A DNA stretch of 64,000 nucleotides from Armatimonadota bacterium. GTDB lineage: Bacteria > Armatimonadota > UBA5829. Shown here piece after piece: positions 17,421 to 27,234 of the stretch. The notes under the pieces were generated by a model. The model was not told the DNA's origin. It saw only the letters and a list, made by a program, of their open reading frames with translations, and did no database searches. Where the stretch lies: assembly GCA_050948905.1 (NCBI GenBank), contig JBMNES010000001.1:1105155-1169154 (forward strand). The letters are read 5' to 3'. A program made the translations under genes and the position numbers. Within the stretch, counting starts at the first letter, position 1. Each line of letters begins with the position of its first letter.

Positions 17421-18632
17421 ATGATCGCCAGAAATCCTAAAAAAACCGAGCTTCAAAGAGCCATTGAGGTTGCAGCAGTCGCATTCCCGGATACACCGTT
17501 GGAAGAGTGGGCGAGTTTTTTTGAGATGGTTGCGGAGGTTTTTGGGCTGCGGTACATTTTGGTGGTAGAAGACGAGGGTTTGATTGTCTCCACGCTGGTG
17601 TGTCGGCCGGCTCCGGTATATATCAACGGCTCGCCCGTAAGCCACGCCGCCGTCGGGGCTGTTGCTACTGTTCCTGAGGCACGTTGCAAGGGATTTGCTT
17701 CGGAGATGATGAGGGAATCGGTGCGGCTGCTGCGTTCCGATAAGATTTATTTGTCGTCGCTGTGGCCGTTCTCATATCCATATTATCGTAAGTTCGGCTG
17801 GGAGGTCGGCTCGGAGACGCGTAATTATAGCGCGGCAGGCAAGGTTTTCACCGAGTTGGGAGACGCTGGCAACGCACGATTTATAAGGCAGGGGGATCTG
17901 CGGTATATCAAAGGGATTTTTGACGATTGGGCACAGGAATACAATTGCCTGACACAGCGTACCGATGTGTGGTGGGACAGGGTGACCAAACTGAAGTTGA
18001 CCCCGCTGACCGAACCCGGCTCGGGCAACGGCGTGGTTGTGCACACAACCGGTGGCCGAGTCGACGGATATGCGGTATACGTGTTCACTCGGAAAGACGA
18101 TCGAAAGTCTATTAGCGTCTACGAAATCGCGTATTCGGAGGCCGCCCATCGCAGGGATATGCTGGCATTACTAGGCAGGTTGGTCGATGATGGCACCCTT
18201 TCGTTCTACGCGCCGGTCGATGATCTGTTTTTACAGGAAATACCTAACCCGCGCGCGATTAGCACAGGCATAGCCCCTTCACACCAGTTCAGAGTTGTAG
18301 ACCCCATTGGTGCAATGGCCAGTCTCGCCGTTGACGAGGACGTCTCCGGCGGCGTCAGCTTCTCGATTAGTGACCCGGTCTTTGAAAAAGGCTGGGACTT
18401 CAGCGTGGAGGCCGACGGGGGAGGGATCGAAATAGGAAAACCCAACTCCAGGCACCGATTGCAGTTGGATATACAGACCTTCGCCAGACTATATTCCGGT
18501 TATCTGTCTCCCTATGACGCCTGGGAACTCGGCAAGATTCGGGTAGAAGGGGAGGGGATGGAGATGCTTATCAAGGCGGGTGAGATTTTTTCACCCCTTA
18601 CGCCTTATCGAACCTGGCTGGAGCCAGGCTAG
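17421..18632 (+). CDS. GNAT family N-acetyltransferase, Eis-like (GNAT plus SCP2-like C-terminal domain)
   Basis: ARCKGFASEMMRESV...LWPFSYPYYRKFGWEVG, about 400 aa, matching the Eis family layout. ATG 17421 lies 6 nt after GGAG; the ORF-track start 17349 lies in AT-rich noncoding sequence. Confidence 0.7.
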   Translation: MIARNPKKTELQRAIEVAAVAFPDTPLEEWASFFEMVAEVFGLRYILVVEDEGLIVSTLVCRPAPVYINGSPVSHAAVGAVATVPEARCKGFASEMMRESVRLLRSDKIYLSSLWPFSYPYYRKFGWEVGSETRNYSAAGKVFTELGDAGNARFIRQGDLRYIKGIFDDWAQEYNCLTQRTDVWWDRVTKLKLTPLTEPGSGNGVVVHTTGGRVDGYAVYVFTRKDDRKSISVYEIAYSEAAHRRDMLALLGRLVDDGTLSFYAPVDDLFLQEIPNPRAISTGIAPSHQFRVVDPIGAMASLAVDEDVSGGVSFSISDPVFEKGWDFSVEADGGGIEIGKPNSRHRLQLDIQTFARLYSGYLSPYDAWELGKIRVEGEGMEMLIKAGEIFSPLTPYRTWLEPG

Positions 18633-18635
18633 GAG

Positions 18636-18959
18636 CTAATCTTCCTTCAGGATTTCTATGGCCCGCCGCGCGTCCTGCGATGGGACTTTAACCTGCGGTG
18701 GTTTGTCCGATAACGCCGTATCGATACCCTCATCGTGCAGCATATCTGCCAATCTTTCGGATTCCTCAATTTCCCGGCACCACGCCACCGTGATCATTTG
18801 TCCCAATTCGAACTTCGCATTAGCGGGGATGTCGGCGATATAGTGTGGTGGCAGATCCTGACCCAGCGTCCTCAGCCTCACCAGCCTCCGCACGAGCAGA
18901 TATATCGCGAACATCGCGATGGCCAACTGCAATGCCATTGCTATCTCTGTCGAGCTCAT
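18636..18959 (-). CDS. Hypothetical small membrane-anchored protein (C-terminus faintly DUF2007-like)
   Basis: 107 aa. One N-terminal TM helix (IAMALQLAIAMFAIYLLV), then a soluble tail. No firm motif. Confidence 0.45.
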   Translation of the reverse strand: MSSTEIAMALQLAIAMFAIYLLVRRLVRLRTLGQDLPPHYIADIPANAKFELGQMITVAWCREIEESERLADMLHDEGIDTALSDKPPQVKVPSQDARRAIEILKED

Positions 18960-19079
18960 AATATACCTTTTTAAGGATTCAAAAAACAGACATTTATATT
19001 ATACGCGCATGCGAACCGAATAGCATCGTGCCGTTGCAGGAGTTGCACGGGCAAGGTATACTATTGTCGCGGGTATACT

Positions 19080-20273
19080 ATGCGAATTGCGATTTTTACA
19101 GAGAGTTATGAACCGATCATAAATGGAGTGAGCGTCTGCGTCAGCACCCTTCGGGATGGGCTGATAAAGCGTGGCCACGACGTTTTTATCTTCGCCCCTG
19201 CATTCAAAGGATACGTCGATCCTTACGAAGGAGTTACACGGATGCCCGCCACCCATACGGTGCTGATGCCGGACTACCCCTTTCCGCTGCCATTTGCGCC
19301 GCAGGCGAAGCGCATCTTTTCAAAGCTAAAAGTAGATATCGTACACGCTCAGTCGCCGTTTCTTTTGGGGGTATTGGGGGCTAAATGGGCGCGACAATTC
19401 GGCATTCCGTTCGTGGCTACAAATCACACACTATATACGGAATACGTTCACTACGCCCCCGTGCGGCCTAAATCGCTGTCAAGGCAGTTTTTGATCAGTC
19501 TGATGAGGTGGCACTACTCCAAAGCCGACGCGGTCGTTGTGCCTTCAGGGCCGGTGGAAAAGGTGTTGCGATCTTACGGTGTCAAGAGCCGCATAGATGT
19601 TATCAAGACCGGGGTCGATCCTGTTAAACCGCTGTCCGCCCAGCAGCGCAACTCCGTTCGACGAGATTTTGGGGTGGAGGATGACGACTTTTTGTTGCTT
19701 TATGTCGGCAGAATCGCTCGCGAAAAAAATCTTCGAATGCTGCTGGGTGCGTTTAAGAACGTGTTGTCACAACATCCATCAAGCAAGCTGGTGTTAGTTG
19801 GCGGCGGCCCGGCTCTAGCTGAGACCAGGGATTACGCAAACGAGTTAAGCCTCGGTGAGAGCGCTCAATTTATGGGTATGCTCCCGCGCCTCGATATAGA
19901 GCCGATTTACGGCGCAGCAGATGCCTTCGCTTTCCCCAGCACCACGGAGACTCAGGGGATAGCGATATGCGAGGCCCTCAGCGCAGGGCTGCCGGTGGTG
20001 GCCGTCGATGCTGGCGGGATACCGGAGAACCTGCAAAACGGGGTCGACGGGTTTCTTACCGCCGACGACGCGGGTGAGTTTGCCGATCGCATAAAATTCC
20101 TGATCAACAGCCCTGCCGATCGTGCACAAATGGCCGAACGCGCCCGTGCTAACGCACAGCATTTTTCGATAGACCGTATGGTCGATAACTTCGAGGCGTT
20201 CTACGAGTCCGTCATCTCAGCCGCAGTATGCCCGGCCGCTATCGGTAACCGGCAAAAGTCAGGGTCTATTTGA
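19080..20273 (+). CDS. Glycosyltransferase family 4 (GT-B fold)
   Basis: MRIAIFTESYEPIINGVSV N-terminus and a C-terminal E-x7-E-like region (FPSTTETQGIAICEALSAGLPVV). Confidence 0.85.
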   Translation: MRIAIFTESYEPIINGVSVCVSTLRDGLIKRGHDVFIFAPAFKGYVDPYEGVTRMPATHTVLMPDYPFPLPFAPQAKRIFSKLKVDIVHAQSPFLLGVLGAKWARQFGIPFVATNHTLYTEYVHYAPVRPKSLSRQFLISLMRWHYSKADAVVVPSGPVEKVLRSYGVKSRIDVIKTGVDPVKPLSAQQRNSVRRDFGVEDDDFLLLYVGRIAREKNLRMLLGAFKNVLSQHPSSKLVLVGGGPALAETRDYANELSLGESAQFMGMLPRLDIEPIYGAADAFAFPSTTETQGIAICEALSAGLPVVAVDAGGIPENLQNGVDGFLTADDAGEFADRIKFLINSPADRAQMAERARANAQHFSIDRMVDNFEAFYESVISAAVCPAAIGNRQKSGSI

Positions 20274-21753
20274 CCCCTTTCGCCGCATCCTCGATCTGAC
20301 GTATCTCTTCCATCGCTTTCTTGGCGTCGGCGTGGTCTGGTTTAAGCTCTAGCACAGGCGTCAGAAATTGTTTGGCGGCTTCGAGGTTGCCCATCAAAAT
20401 AGCCAATCTGCCGCATACGTAGTTGCCCTCGATGGTCCCGTCAAACAGGTGGAATGAGTGTTTTTCCCGTTCAAGCATTCCCGCCATCAAAAACACCTGC
20501 CATTCCGCGTCCAATCGGTCTCCGAGTTCGCGGTCTACCCACGCCAGGTTGAGTCTGGCGTTGGCGTTCTGCGGATCCATCTCAAGAACAAGACGGAGGG
20601 CATTCGCCGCCTCATCCCATTTCTTTTCCAGGGCAAGCTTTTCCGCTTTTTCGATCAGTGTCGGAGCTTGATTGGCAGCGATCCCGTCTGCAACATTTTT
20701 TGGAACGTAGGTCAGAAGCACCGATTTGAAATCCGTGTTGGTGACTTTTTTTATCGCTTCACAGATCGTGTCGGTATCAGGGTTGCCCGTGTAGTTAAGC
20801 TGTCCCATAATCTTCGCCAGCGTCTGCGGGCCAGATTTGCTTAGCAGTCCCGATATCGCCTCGATGGAATACTGCACTTTGGCAGCTTCGAGTTTTGCAT
20901 CGAAGACGGCTGGGTTTTTGTTTATATATGGCGCCTGCGGCCATGAGAGTAAGTTTACTTTGCCCCTCAATTCCTGTGCGCCAGGTCCCACTGTGAACAG
21001 CGATGTTGCCAAATCGTTAAGCTGTTTGGAGCCATATTTGGCTACCATCTGCCGGGTCAGATAGCCACTGACTCCTTCGTTAAACCACCGGCTGAATGGG
21101 TTGTAGAGTTTCAACGGCACTGCTATCAAATAGGAGATGGTGTCCTGAACCGGGGCAATTGCCATAGCCTCCCCAGCTCCTAGAAAATCCTGCGCCATTT
21201 GACCCAGTTTATCCTCAGAGCGAATCGTGCCGTCGGGGTTGATCAGCACGGGGAAATAGCTGCGCTTAATTTTGTCCTGGTCGAGGTTCTTGTCCTCGAA
21301 GACCATATTGAATTCGTCTTTATCCTTGGAGTATCGAACCTGCACAAGCCCGGCGTCGATCCCATCAGTGGCGACAGCGTCGCTTTTACGAACCAGCTTG
21401 ATATTGGAGAACACGCCGACCATAGCCTCCGATTTTTCCTTGAACATCTGCAGTCGTGACTTAGCCGTGTCCTGTTTTTCCTCTGCCCCCAAAGCCTGGG
21501 TAATGTCAGTCGCTAGTGCGCCGACATTAGATAATAAGCTAATCGTCTGACGATGAGTGTCCAACGATGGCTTAATTGCGGATTGGGCCACTTCCATCAC
21601 TTTTTTGGCCTGCGTCTCCATTCCTGCCGGATATGACACCGTTATCCCGGCGGTAGTCATTTGTTTTACATCAGCCGCCTCGCAGCAGCTTCCTGCCCAC
21701 AACCCGGCAATAATAACCATCACAAAAACCAATGTGCTCAGACTCTTCATCAA
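20266..21753 (-). CDS. Secreted hypothetical protein with C-terminal TPR-like repeats
   Basis: Signal peptide MMKSLSTLVFVMVIIAGLWAGSC. C-terminal helical repeats (WDEAANALRLVLEMDPQNANARLNLAW..., GNLEAAKQFLTPVLELKPDHADA). Confidence 0.6.
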   Translation of the reverse strand: MMKSLSTLVFVMVIIAGLWAGSCCEAADVKQMTTAGITVSYPAGMETQAKKVMEVAQSAIKPSLDTHRQTISLLSNVGALATDITQALGAEEKQDTAKSRLQMFKEKSEAMVGVFSNIKLVRKSDAVATDGIDAGLVQVRYSKDKDEFNMVFEDKNLDQDKIKRSYFPVLINPDGTIRSEDKLGQMAQDFLGAGEAMAIAPVQDTISYLIAVPLKLYNPFSRWFNEGVSGYLTRQMVAKYGSKQLNDLATSLFTVGPGAQELRGKVNLLSWPQAPYINKNPAVFDAKLEAAKVQYSIEAISGLLSKSGPQTLAKIMGQLNYTGNPDTDTICEAIKKVTNTDFKSVLLTYVPKNVADGIAANQAPTLIEKAEKLALEKKWDEAANALRLVLEMDPQNANARLNLAWVDRELGDRLDAEWQVFLMAGMLEREKHSFHLFDGTIEGNYVCGRLAILMGNLEAAKQFLTPVLELKPDHADAKKAMEEIRQIEDAAKGVK

Positions 21754-21886
21754 AAACCTCCACGACTAGCTACACAACAGTATACAGTGACGAGAGGTCA
21801 AAGCTCAAATCCCAAATAGCAATTCAAAACTATTTATAACCCGTCGGTATTCTGGGTAAGACTCCGGGTAATGGAGGTGTATCGTT

Positions 21887-22303
21887 ATGAAGCTGAATGA
21901 GATTATGTCCAGGGAACTCGTGACCTGCAGTCCTAATGAGAGCATCGCACAAGTTGCCAAAAAGCTGCAGGACAACGACATTGGGATGTGTCCTGTTGTG
22001 GAGGAGGAGCGCCTGGTGGGCGTGGTGACCGACCGTGATATCACCACTCGCGCGGTTGCCAAAGGTTTCGACGTCAATTCCACTATGATCGGCGAGATTA
22101 TGACCCGCGACCCGATTTCGGTGGAAGCTTCTATGGAGGCCGAGGAAATCTGCGAGATAATGTCGGAGCATCAAATTCGCCGGCTGCCGGTGATGCGGGA
22201 GAACAAGCTCGTTGGCATTGTCGCCCTGGCCGACCTTGCGCTGGACCTTGAAGAGGAAGAACTGGTAGCCGATACGCTGATCAATATCTCACAGCCGGCC
22301 TGA
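21887..22303 (+). CDS. CBS domain pair protein
   Basis: 138 aa with two CBS motifs (IMSRELVTCSPNESI...GMCPVVEEERLVGVVTDRDI; IMTRDPISVEA...RRLPVMRENKLVGIVALADL). Confidence 0.85.
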   Translation: MKLNEIMSRELVTCSPNESIAQVAKKLQDNDIGMCPVVEEERLVGVVTDRDITTRAVAKGFDVNSTMIGEIMTRDPISVEASMEAEEICEIMSEHQIRRLPVMRENKLVGIVALADLALDLEEEELVADTLINISQPA

Positions 22304-22335
22304 CAATGTGGCGTAGCACAAAAATGTCGTTGATC

Positions 22336-23193
22336 TTAACCCGACCACCCGATTTGCCACCACCTGCGTGTCGGAGCTTTGTGCTCGGCGCAGGTGGGGC
22401 AGGGGGCTAACTGACGCTCGGCCATAAATCGGACCTCACATGTGAGCCGTCCTGCTGCATCGGGACATTCACGCCGAAAATGAAATATGCCCTCCTCCGT
22501 CCACACCGCAGCTAATGCTGGCTCGATGAGTCCGCTTGTGTCGAGTTTTAACGCGCCGTGCCCATCCTTGCCGTTTGCAAACCTTGTCGCCGCCAGATTC
22601 ACCGAGCACACGGATTGCACTTGAGCATATTCCTTCAGCATATAGGCATAGACTCGCGCCGTGGCGCCGGTGTTGGATATGTCATCGAGTAATAATACGC
22701 GGCCGCTGAGCTTTTGAGGTCGGGCGAAAAGGTCCTGCACCACATACTGCATACGGGCCTTCAGCGCATCCGGGCCACTCAGCCTGCTTACTGCCCGCAT
22801 CGGCGGCCTGGTGGAGGATCGAAAGAACATATTCTCCACGTTCCTGGCGCCGGTCTTTGCGCAGATCATATCCGCCAGCGCGCTCTGTGGCCGAGATCGC
22901 TCTGCGGACACCTCCTGTGACCCCAGCGCTCGCACAACCCAGTCGAAATTAGCGCCTGCCAACCGAATAACCTGCGCACAATAAAATCTGCACAAGGCAG
23001 TTATGTGAGGTTCGAAATCGGCCGTTACCGCGCAGGACTTGAACGCCTTTATAAGCTTGCTTTCGTAGCTGGTGAGTGAGTTGGGCCAGAACGACCCCAG
23101 CGTTACAACTTCGTCGCACGGGTCGCTTTGACATAATGCAGCAACGTCAATCGCCGTTCGCAGTGGGATCGGTGGTTTGGTCATGGCAGCCAT
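22336..23193 (-). CDS. Type I phosphoribosyltransferase-domain protein with unassigned N-terminal region and C-terminal Cys4 cluster
   Basis: PRPP-binding loop VLLLDDISNTGATARV. C-terminal C-x8-C-x12-C-x2-C (ECPDAAGRLTCE...PCPTCAEH). No match I recognise for the first ~130 aa. Confidence 0.6.
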   Translation of the reverse strand: MAAMTKPPIPLRTAIDVAALCQSDPCDEVVTLGSFWPNSLTSYESKLIKAFKSCAVTADFEPHITALCRFYCAQVIRLAGANFDWVVRALGSQEVSAERSRPQSALADMICAKTGARNVENMFFRSSTRPPMRAVSRLSGPDALKARMQYVVQDLFARPQKLSGRVLLLDDISNTGATARVYAYMLKEYAQVQSVCSVNLAATRFANGKDGHGALKLDTSGLIEPALAAVWTEEGIFHFRRECPDAAGRLTCEVRFMAERQLAPCPTCAEHKAPTRRWWQIGWSG

Positions 23194-23298
23194 ACGATAT
23201 CACGACAGGCCCCGGCTCACAATCCTTCTGCAATAAAAATATAAAAAATCCTTGTGAACTGCGCGCTGGTCTAGTACACTATCGCAGAGGTGATCGTT

Positions 23299-24588
23299 AT
23301 GCTTAAATACCATAAGTACTACGAATGTATGCCGCGCGTTGTTCGCGCAAAAAGCCTTACCAATGTCGTCATTAAGCCGCTGTTCGATCATTGCCGGTTC
23401 AACGATGAGGATGAGTATAAAATCGCGCTGATCCCTGTCGGAGGGGTGTTCGGGCAGACCGAGGTTCTGTCTCCGGATAAGATCTCCGTGAAGTCGCAAA
23501 ACGGCGTGATCTCCATACCCCTGGCCTTCGACGCCGAGCAGGAGCACACTCTGCAGGTGGAAAACTCCGAAGGCAAGCTCATCGCTGAGTTCGCCTTGTA
23601 TGCGCTCGACGAAGACCTCTTCGACTTGCGGCCATACAAAGGCGATATGCACATGCACACAAATAAATCGGATGGGGTAGAATCCCCGGCCTATGTTGCG
23701 GCGTCGTGCAGAAAAATCGGTCTGGATTATATGGCCATCACGGATCATTACACAATTGAGCCGTCCAGGGAGGTAATCAAGACATTTGAGAACGCGAATA
23801 TCGACCTGAGGCTTTACCCCGGCGAAGAAGTACACCCGCCCGGAAACCCTGTTCACATGGTCAACTTCGGAGGATCTATCGGCGTCAACGCGCTGTTTAA
23901 GACGCCTGAGTATGAGAAAGAAGTCGCCGAAATAGAGAAGGAGCTCAACTTTATTCCCGAAGGCGTTAAGCGGCACAACTTCGCCTCGTGTTTGTGGTGC
24001 TTCAATAAAATCCGCGAAGGCGGCGGGTTGGGGATATTCTGTCATCCATATTGGATATTCCGACAGAAGTACGATGTGCCTGAATATCTTACGAACCTGC
24101 TTTTCGAGCACCAGCCGTTCGACGCGCTGGAGCTTATCGGTGGGTTCTTCATTCACCAGGCGGAATCGAATATGCTGCAGGTGGCGCGGTATCACGAAGA
24201 GCGAGAGAAGGGTAAGAAGATACCTGTGGTCGGCGTGACGGACTCCCACGGCGTCGAGGACGTCGGATTGTTTGGGTGGTATTATACCATCGTGTTCGCA
24301 AAATCTTCGGATCTTGGCGATCTAATAGACAGCATCAAGGGCCTGAAATCCGTCGCGGTGGAGGCATTGCCGGGGGAGCGGGTGCGCGCGTTCGGCCCGT
24401 TCCGGTTGGTGCGATATGCGCAGTATTTGATTCGGGAGATATTCCCTGTGCATGATGAGTTGTGCGTAGAAGAAGGCAGGTTAATGCTGGCATACGCGGC
24501 TGGCGAGCCGGGTGCGGCGGAAGCGCTGTCGAGGCTAAAGGGCCGCACGAAGAAGCTGTACGACCGAATGTGGGGTAGCGAGAATTGA
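23299..24588 (+). CDS. PHP-domain metal-dependent phosphoesterase (CehA/McbA-like)
   Basis: GDMHMHTNKSDG...MAITDHY PHP signature after a ~110-aa beta-rich N-terminal region. ATG 23299 follows AGAGG. Confidence 0.7.
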   Translation: MLKYHKYYECMPRVVRAKSLTNVVIKPLFDHCRFNDEDEYKIALIPVGGVFGQTEVLSPDKISVKSQNGVISIPLAFDAEQEHTLQVENSEGKLIAEFALYALDEDLFDLRPYKGDMHMHTNKSDGVESPAYVAASCRKIGLDYMAITDHYTIEPSREVIKTFENANIDLRLYPGEEVHPPGNPVHMVNFGGSIGVNALFKTPEYEKEVAEIEKELNFIPEGVKRHNFASCLWCFNKIREGGGLGIFCHPYWIFRQKYDVPEYLTNLLFEHQPFDALELIGGFFIHQAESNMLQVARYHEEREKGKKIPVVGVTDSHGVEDVGLFGWYYTIVFAKSSDLGDLIDSIKGLKSVAVEALPGERVRAFGPFRLVRYAQYLIREIFPVHDELCVEEGRLMLAYAAGEPGAAEALSRLKGRTKKLYDRMWGSEN

Positions 24589-25487
24589 CATCGGCGGCAA
24601 TCGCCTTACTGGTGTTCTCGGCGATAATTCACGCCACCTGGAATATGATAGGCAAGCGTGAAGACCCGTCGGCGAAGTTCTTTCTTATTGCGAACACTAT
24701 GGGCGTGTTGCTGCTTAGCCCGGTGGTGCTTAGTAATCTGAGCCTGCCGCTGAGTTTTCCGGTTGAGGTCTGGAAACTCATCGCGATAACCGGGTTGTTT
24801 CAGGCAGTGTATTTTATGGGGTTGGCCGGTGCTTACAGGGCCGGCCATCTCTCTGTCGCCTATCCTCTCGCACGTTCGGCCCCGGTTTTAATGGTCGCCG
24901 TGATAAGCATACTGATGGGCAAAGGTTCCCAGTTGACTTCGCCGTCGATAGTGGGGATGGTGCTGGTCGCCATTGGGGGGTTGTTGTTGCCGATAAACCG
25001 CATTGCCGATTGGAAACTGCGGGATTATCTGCACGCTTCGACGCTGTTTGCGCTGTTGGCGGCGGTGGGGACAAGCGGATATTCCCTCGCCGACGATGCG
25101 GCGCTGAGGGTTTTAAAGGAGCAATTGAGCGCCAATAGGGTCATCCTGACGCTGAATTATGCGTTTTTCGAGGGCATCTCGACCTTTTTATGGCTCGGTT
25201 TGCTTGTTTTGATTGGGCAGCGCAACGGCAAAGACTCGGCCAAAAGCCAGCCGGTTCGATTCAGACACGCCATGGTCGCGGGAATAGGGATATGTCTGGC
25301 CTATACGATAGTGCTTCTCGCGATGACTTTGGCGAAAAACGTCAGCTATATAGTCGCGTTTCGCCAGCTTAGCATACCTATAGGCGCTGTGCTTGGGGTG
25401 ACCGTGCTGCGGGAGCCGGGAAGCGTGAACAAGTTCGTTGCCATCACTGTGATGCTTGCAGGCCTGGTTTTGGTTGCTGTCTATTAG
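24585..25487 (+). CDS. EamA/DMT superfamily transporter
   Basis: About 10 hydrophobic helices in two EamA-like halves. TTG start overlaps the PHP gene stop (TTGA). Confidence 0.75.
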   Translation: MTSAAIALLVFSAIIHATWNMIGKREDPSAKFFLIANTMGVLLLSPVVLSNLSLPLSFPVEVWKLIAITGLFQAVYFMGLAGAYRAGHLSVAYPLARSAPVLMVAVISILMGKGSQLTSPSIVGMVLVAIGGLLLPINRIADWKLRDYLHASTLFALLAAVGTSGYSLADDAALRVLKEQLSANRVILTLNYAFFEGISTFLWLGLLVLIGQRNGKDSAKSQPVRFRHAMVAGIGICLAYTIVLLAMTLAKNVSYIVAFRQLSIPIGAVLGVTVLREPGSVNKFVAITVMLAGLVLVAVY

Positions 25488-25517
25488 AGGCAATCATCGA
25501 AGCAAGCCCCACATTTC

Positions 25518-25546
25518 TTGACTCTGTGCTGAGTGCAGGTTACAAT
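25518..25546 (+). promoter_or_regulatory. Sigma-70-type promoter candidate
   Basis: TTGACT (25518-25523), 17-nt spacer, TACAAT (25541-25546), 29 nt upstream of ORF 25575. Confidence 0.45.
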
Positions 25547-25574
25547 ACACTACTATTTATAACCGGAGACGACC

Positions 25575-26207
25575 GTGAACGTTGAACTACTCACCTGCCA
25601 ACGGATGACCGCTGGGCTTGTATATCCGCCGTATCCTCTGCAGCAGCCACAGGTAAATCAGATTTATGCCGACATCTCGCTGCGTTACCCGTTTCAATCG
25701 CTGCAGCATTTGCCGGACGGCGCGAGAATGGCTAACCCTGCGGGGGATTTCTTCATCCGTGCTACGCTTATGCAGGTCAACGATGGGGTCGACTTCTTCC
25801 CGTCGTCCAAAGAGCGAGCTATGGACCTCTTTCAGATCGCCCAGGAGAGGCTGCAGGTGCCGCAGTTCACGGTTTTTGGTATAAAATTGACGGCGTTGCT
25901 TCCCTTGCAGGAGCAAAAAAACGCCGCGGCTCTGCTGGAGCGTGCCGCGCTGGACAGAATAGAGAGCAATCTGGACCTGCTCGGGCCGGGCAGGCAGGGC
26001 GTTGGGCTGCGAATAGTGCTGCACCAGGACGGGATCAGGGAACTGAAGATAGAGCCGTTTTTCAAAGACCTGAGCCAATTATATATAGAGTTGGATATCC
26101 AGCATCCCACCGCTTTCAACGATATCTGTACCATAGAACCGTGGATGGATTCGGCTTATGATTATCTGTTTAGAGAAGTAAAAGGTTTCTTAGAGACGCT
26201 GTCATAA
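25575..26207 (+). CDS. Hypothetical protein
   Basis: 210-aa ORF with GTG start and protein-like composition. A promoter candidate lies upstream. No motif recognised. Confidence 0.5.
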   Translation: MNVELLTCQRMTAGLVYPPYPLQQPQVNQIYADISLRYPFQSLQHLPDGARMANPAGDFFIRATLMQVNDGVDFFPSSKERAMDLFQIAQERLQVPQFTVFGIKLTALLPLQEQKNAAALLERAALDRIESNLDLLGPGRQGVGLRIVLHQDGIRELKIEPFFKDLSQLYIELDIQHPTAFNDICTIEPWMDSAYDYLFREVKGFLETLS

Positions 26208-26235
26208 CGCCGCTTCTAGTGGGTATACCCCACCT

Positions 26236-27162
26236 ATGAAGCATCTGTCCACAATCGTTGTGTTGTGCTTTATATGTGCCGGGGCTGGGCTTGGCGCTGA
26301 TATGGGCCAATGGGAGACGGTATCATATCAGGACTGGGGTCTGACACTTCAGATCCCTGCCGGCGCCGTAAAACACCCCGTGCCCAACCAGCCGCCTAAC
26401 GGTTTTTATGATGTGTACTCCGCAAACGGCTGCGCCTGCGTGATTGCCGTGACCCCCGTTCGCAACCTGCCGACTCCAACTACCATCGAGAAATTGATTC
26501 AGGAGGAGCTTGCCAAATCTGCCAGATTAGGTGCGGCCAGGCGCTGGGAGCAGGATTCCAGGCAGGGGGATCTTTTCAAGGGTTTTATGGGGCTGGTGAA
26601 GATCAAGGGAGCTGTTTTTCTGCCGGACGCGGTGCGACAGATCGTAGCCGGAGATACGGCGTTTCACTGCGTTTCTATGGCGGCGCTTGGGGATGATAGT
26701 TCCCCTGTGTTGAGTGTCGGCGTATTCGGGCCGCGACATCGCGAAAATGACATAACCATTATCGCTAAGGGTATGGCTGCGTTTGTCAAAAAATCCGGCT
26801 CGGTGAACAAATCAGTAGGAGCTTCTGCCGGCGCTGGAGAATCCGCTAGCTGGCCTACTTTAAAACCTGGACAGATTGAGCTTGAAGGTGTCATCTCGAT
26901 GGTCACCGGCGACCAGAAAAGCCTGATACTGGCCGTGGAGTTTATCACCATGCCTGGATCCAATCCGATCGCCCTTAACCCCGCCAGGCGCAAGGTGGTG
27001 CTTTTGAGGCAGAAAATGGACTGGCCGGCTGTTGGGCAGCGAATACGCCTGTTGGGAACTAACACCGGCGTCGGCAAGCCGATGACCGCCGATTTGCTGG
27101 AAAAACTGCCGGATGAGCCCCCGGTGCAGCCGGTAAAAAGCGAACCTAAAACCTCTGCTTAA
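26236..27162 (+). CDS. Secreted hypothetical protein
   Basis: Signal peptide MKHLSTIVVLCFICAGAGLGA. 308 aa with a Pro-rich C-terminal tail. No motif recognised. Confidence 0.55.
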   Translation: MKHLSTIVVLCFICAGAGLGADMGQWETVSYQDWGLTLQIPAGAVKHPVPNQPPNGFYDVYSANGCACVIAVTPVRNLPTPTTIEKLIQEELAKSARLGAARRWEQDSRQGDLFKGFMGLVKIKGAVFLPDAVRQIVAGDTAFHCVSMAALGDDSSPVLSVGVFGPRHRENDITIIAKGMAAFVKKSGSVNKSVGASAGAGESASWPTLKPGQIELEGVISMVTGDQKSLILAVEFITMPGSNPIALNPARRKVVLLRQKMDWPAVGQRIRLLGTNTGVGKPMTADLLEKLPDEPPVQPVKSEPKTSA

Positions 27163-27234
27163 GCTGTTGTTTACTCTCTCCTCCCTTGATTGACACAACT
27201 TGCCTCACACCGTACCATGGTAATGGAGGATCAA

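Noticed and set aside
23200-24249. 349-aa minus-strand ORF antisense to the PHP-domain gene
   Set aside because: The plus-strand frame carries the PHP signature (GDMHMHTNKSDG, ITDHY). The antisense translation is Arg/Leu/Val-rich with no motif. It is a typical shadow ORF in GC-rich coding DNA.
22336-24588. PRTase plus PHP-domain pair as an anti-phage defence module (for example a ppl-like PHP system)
   Set aside because: The PHP protein lacks any ATPase or nuclease partner domain and is operonic with an EamA exporter. There are no other defence or mobile-element genes nearby. The context looks metabolic. The PRTase oddity is kept as a low-to-moderate finding only.
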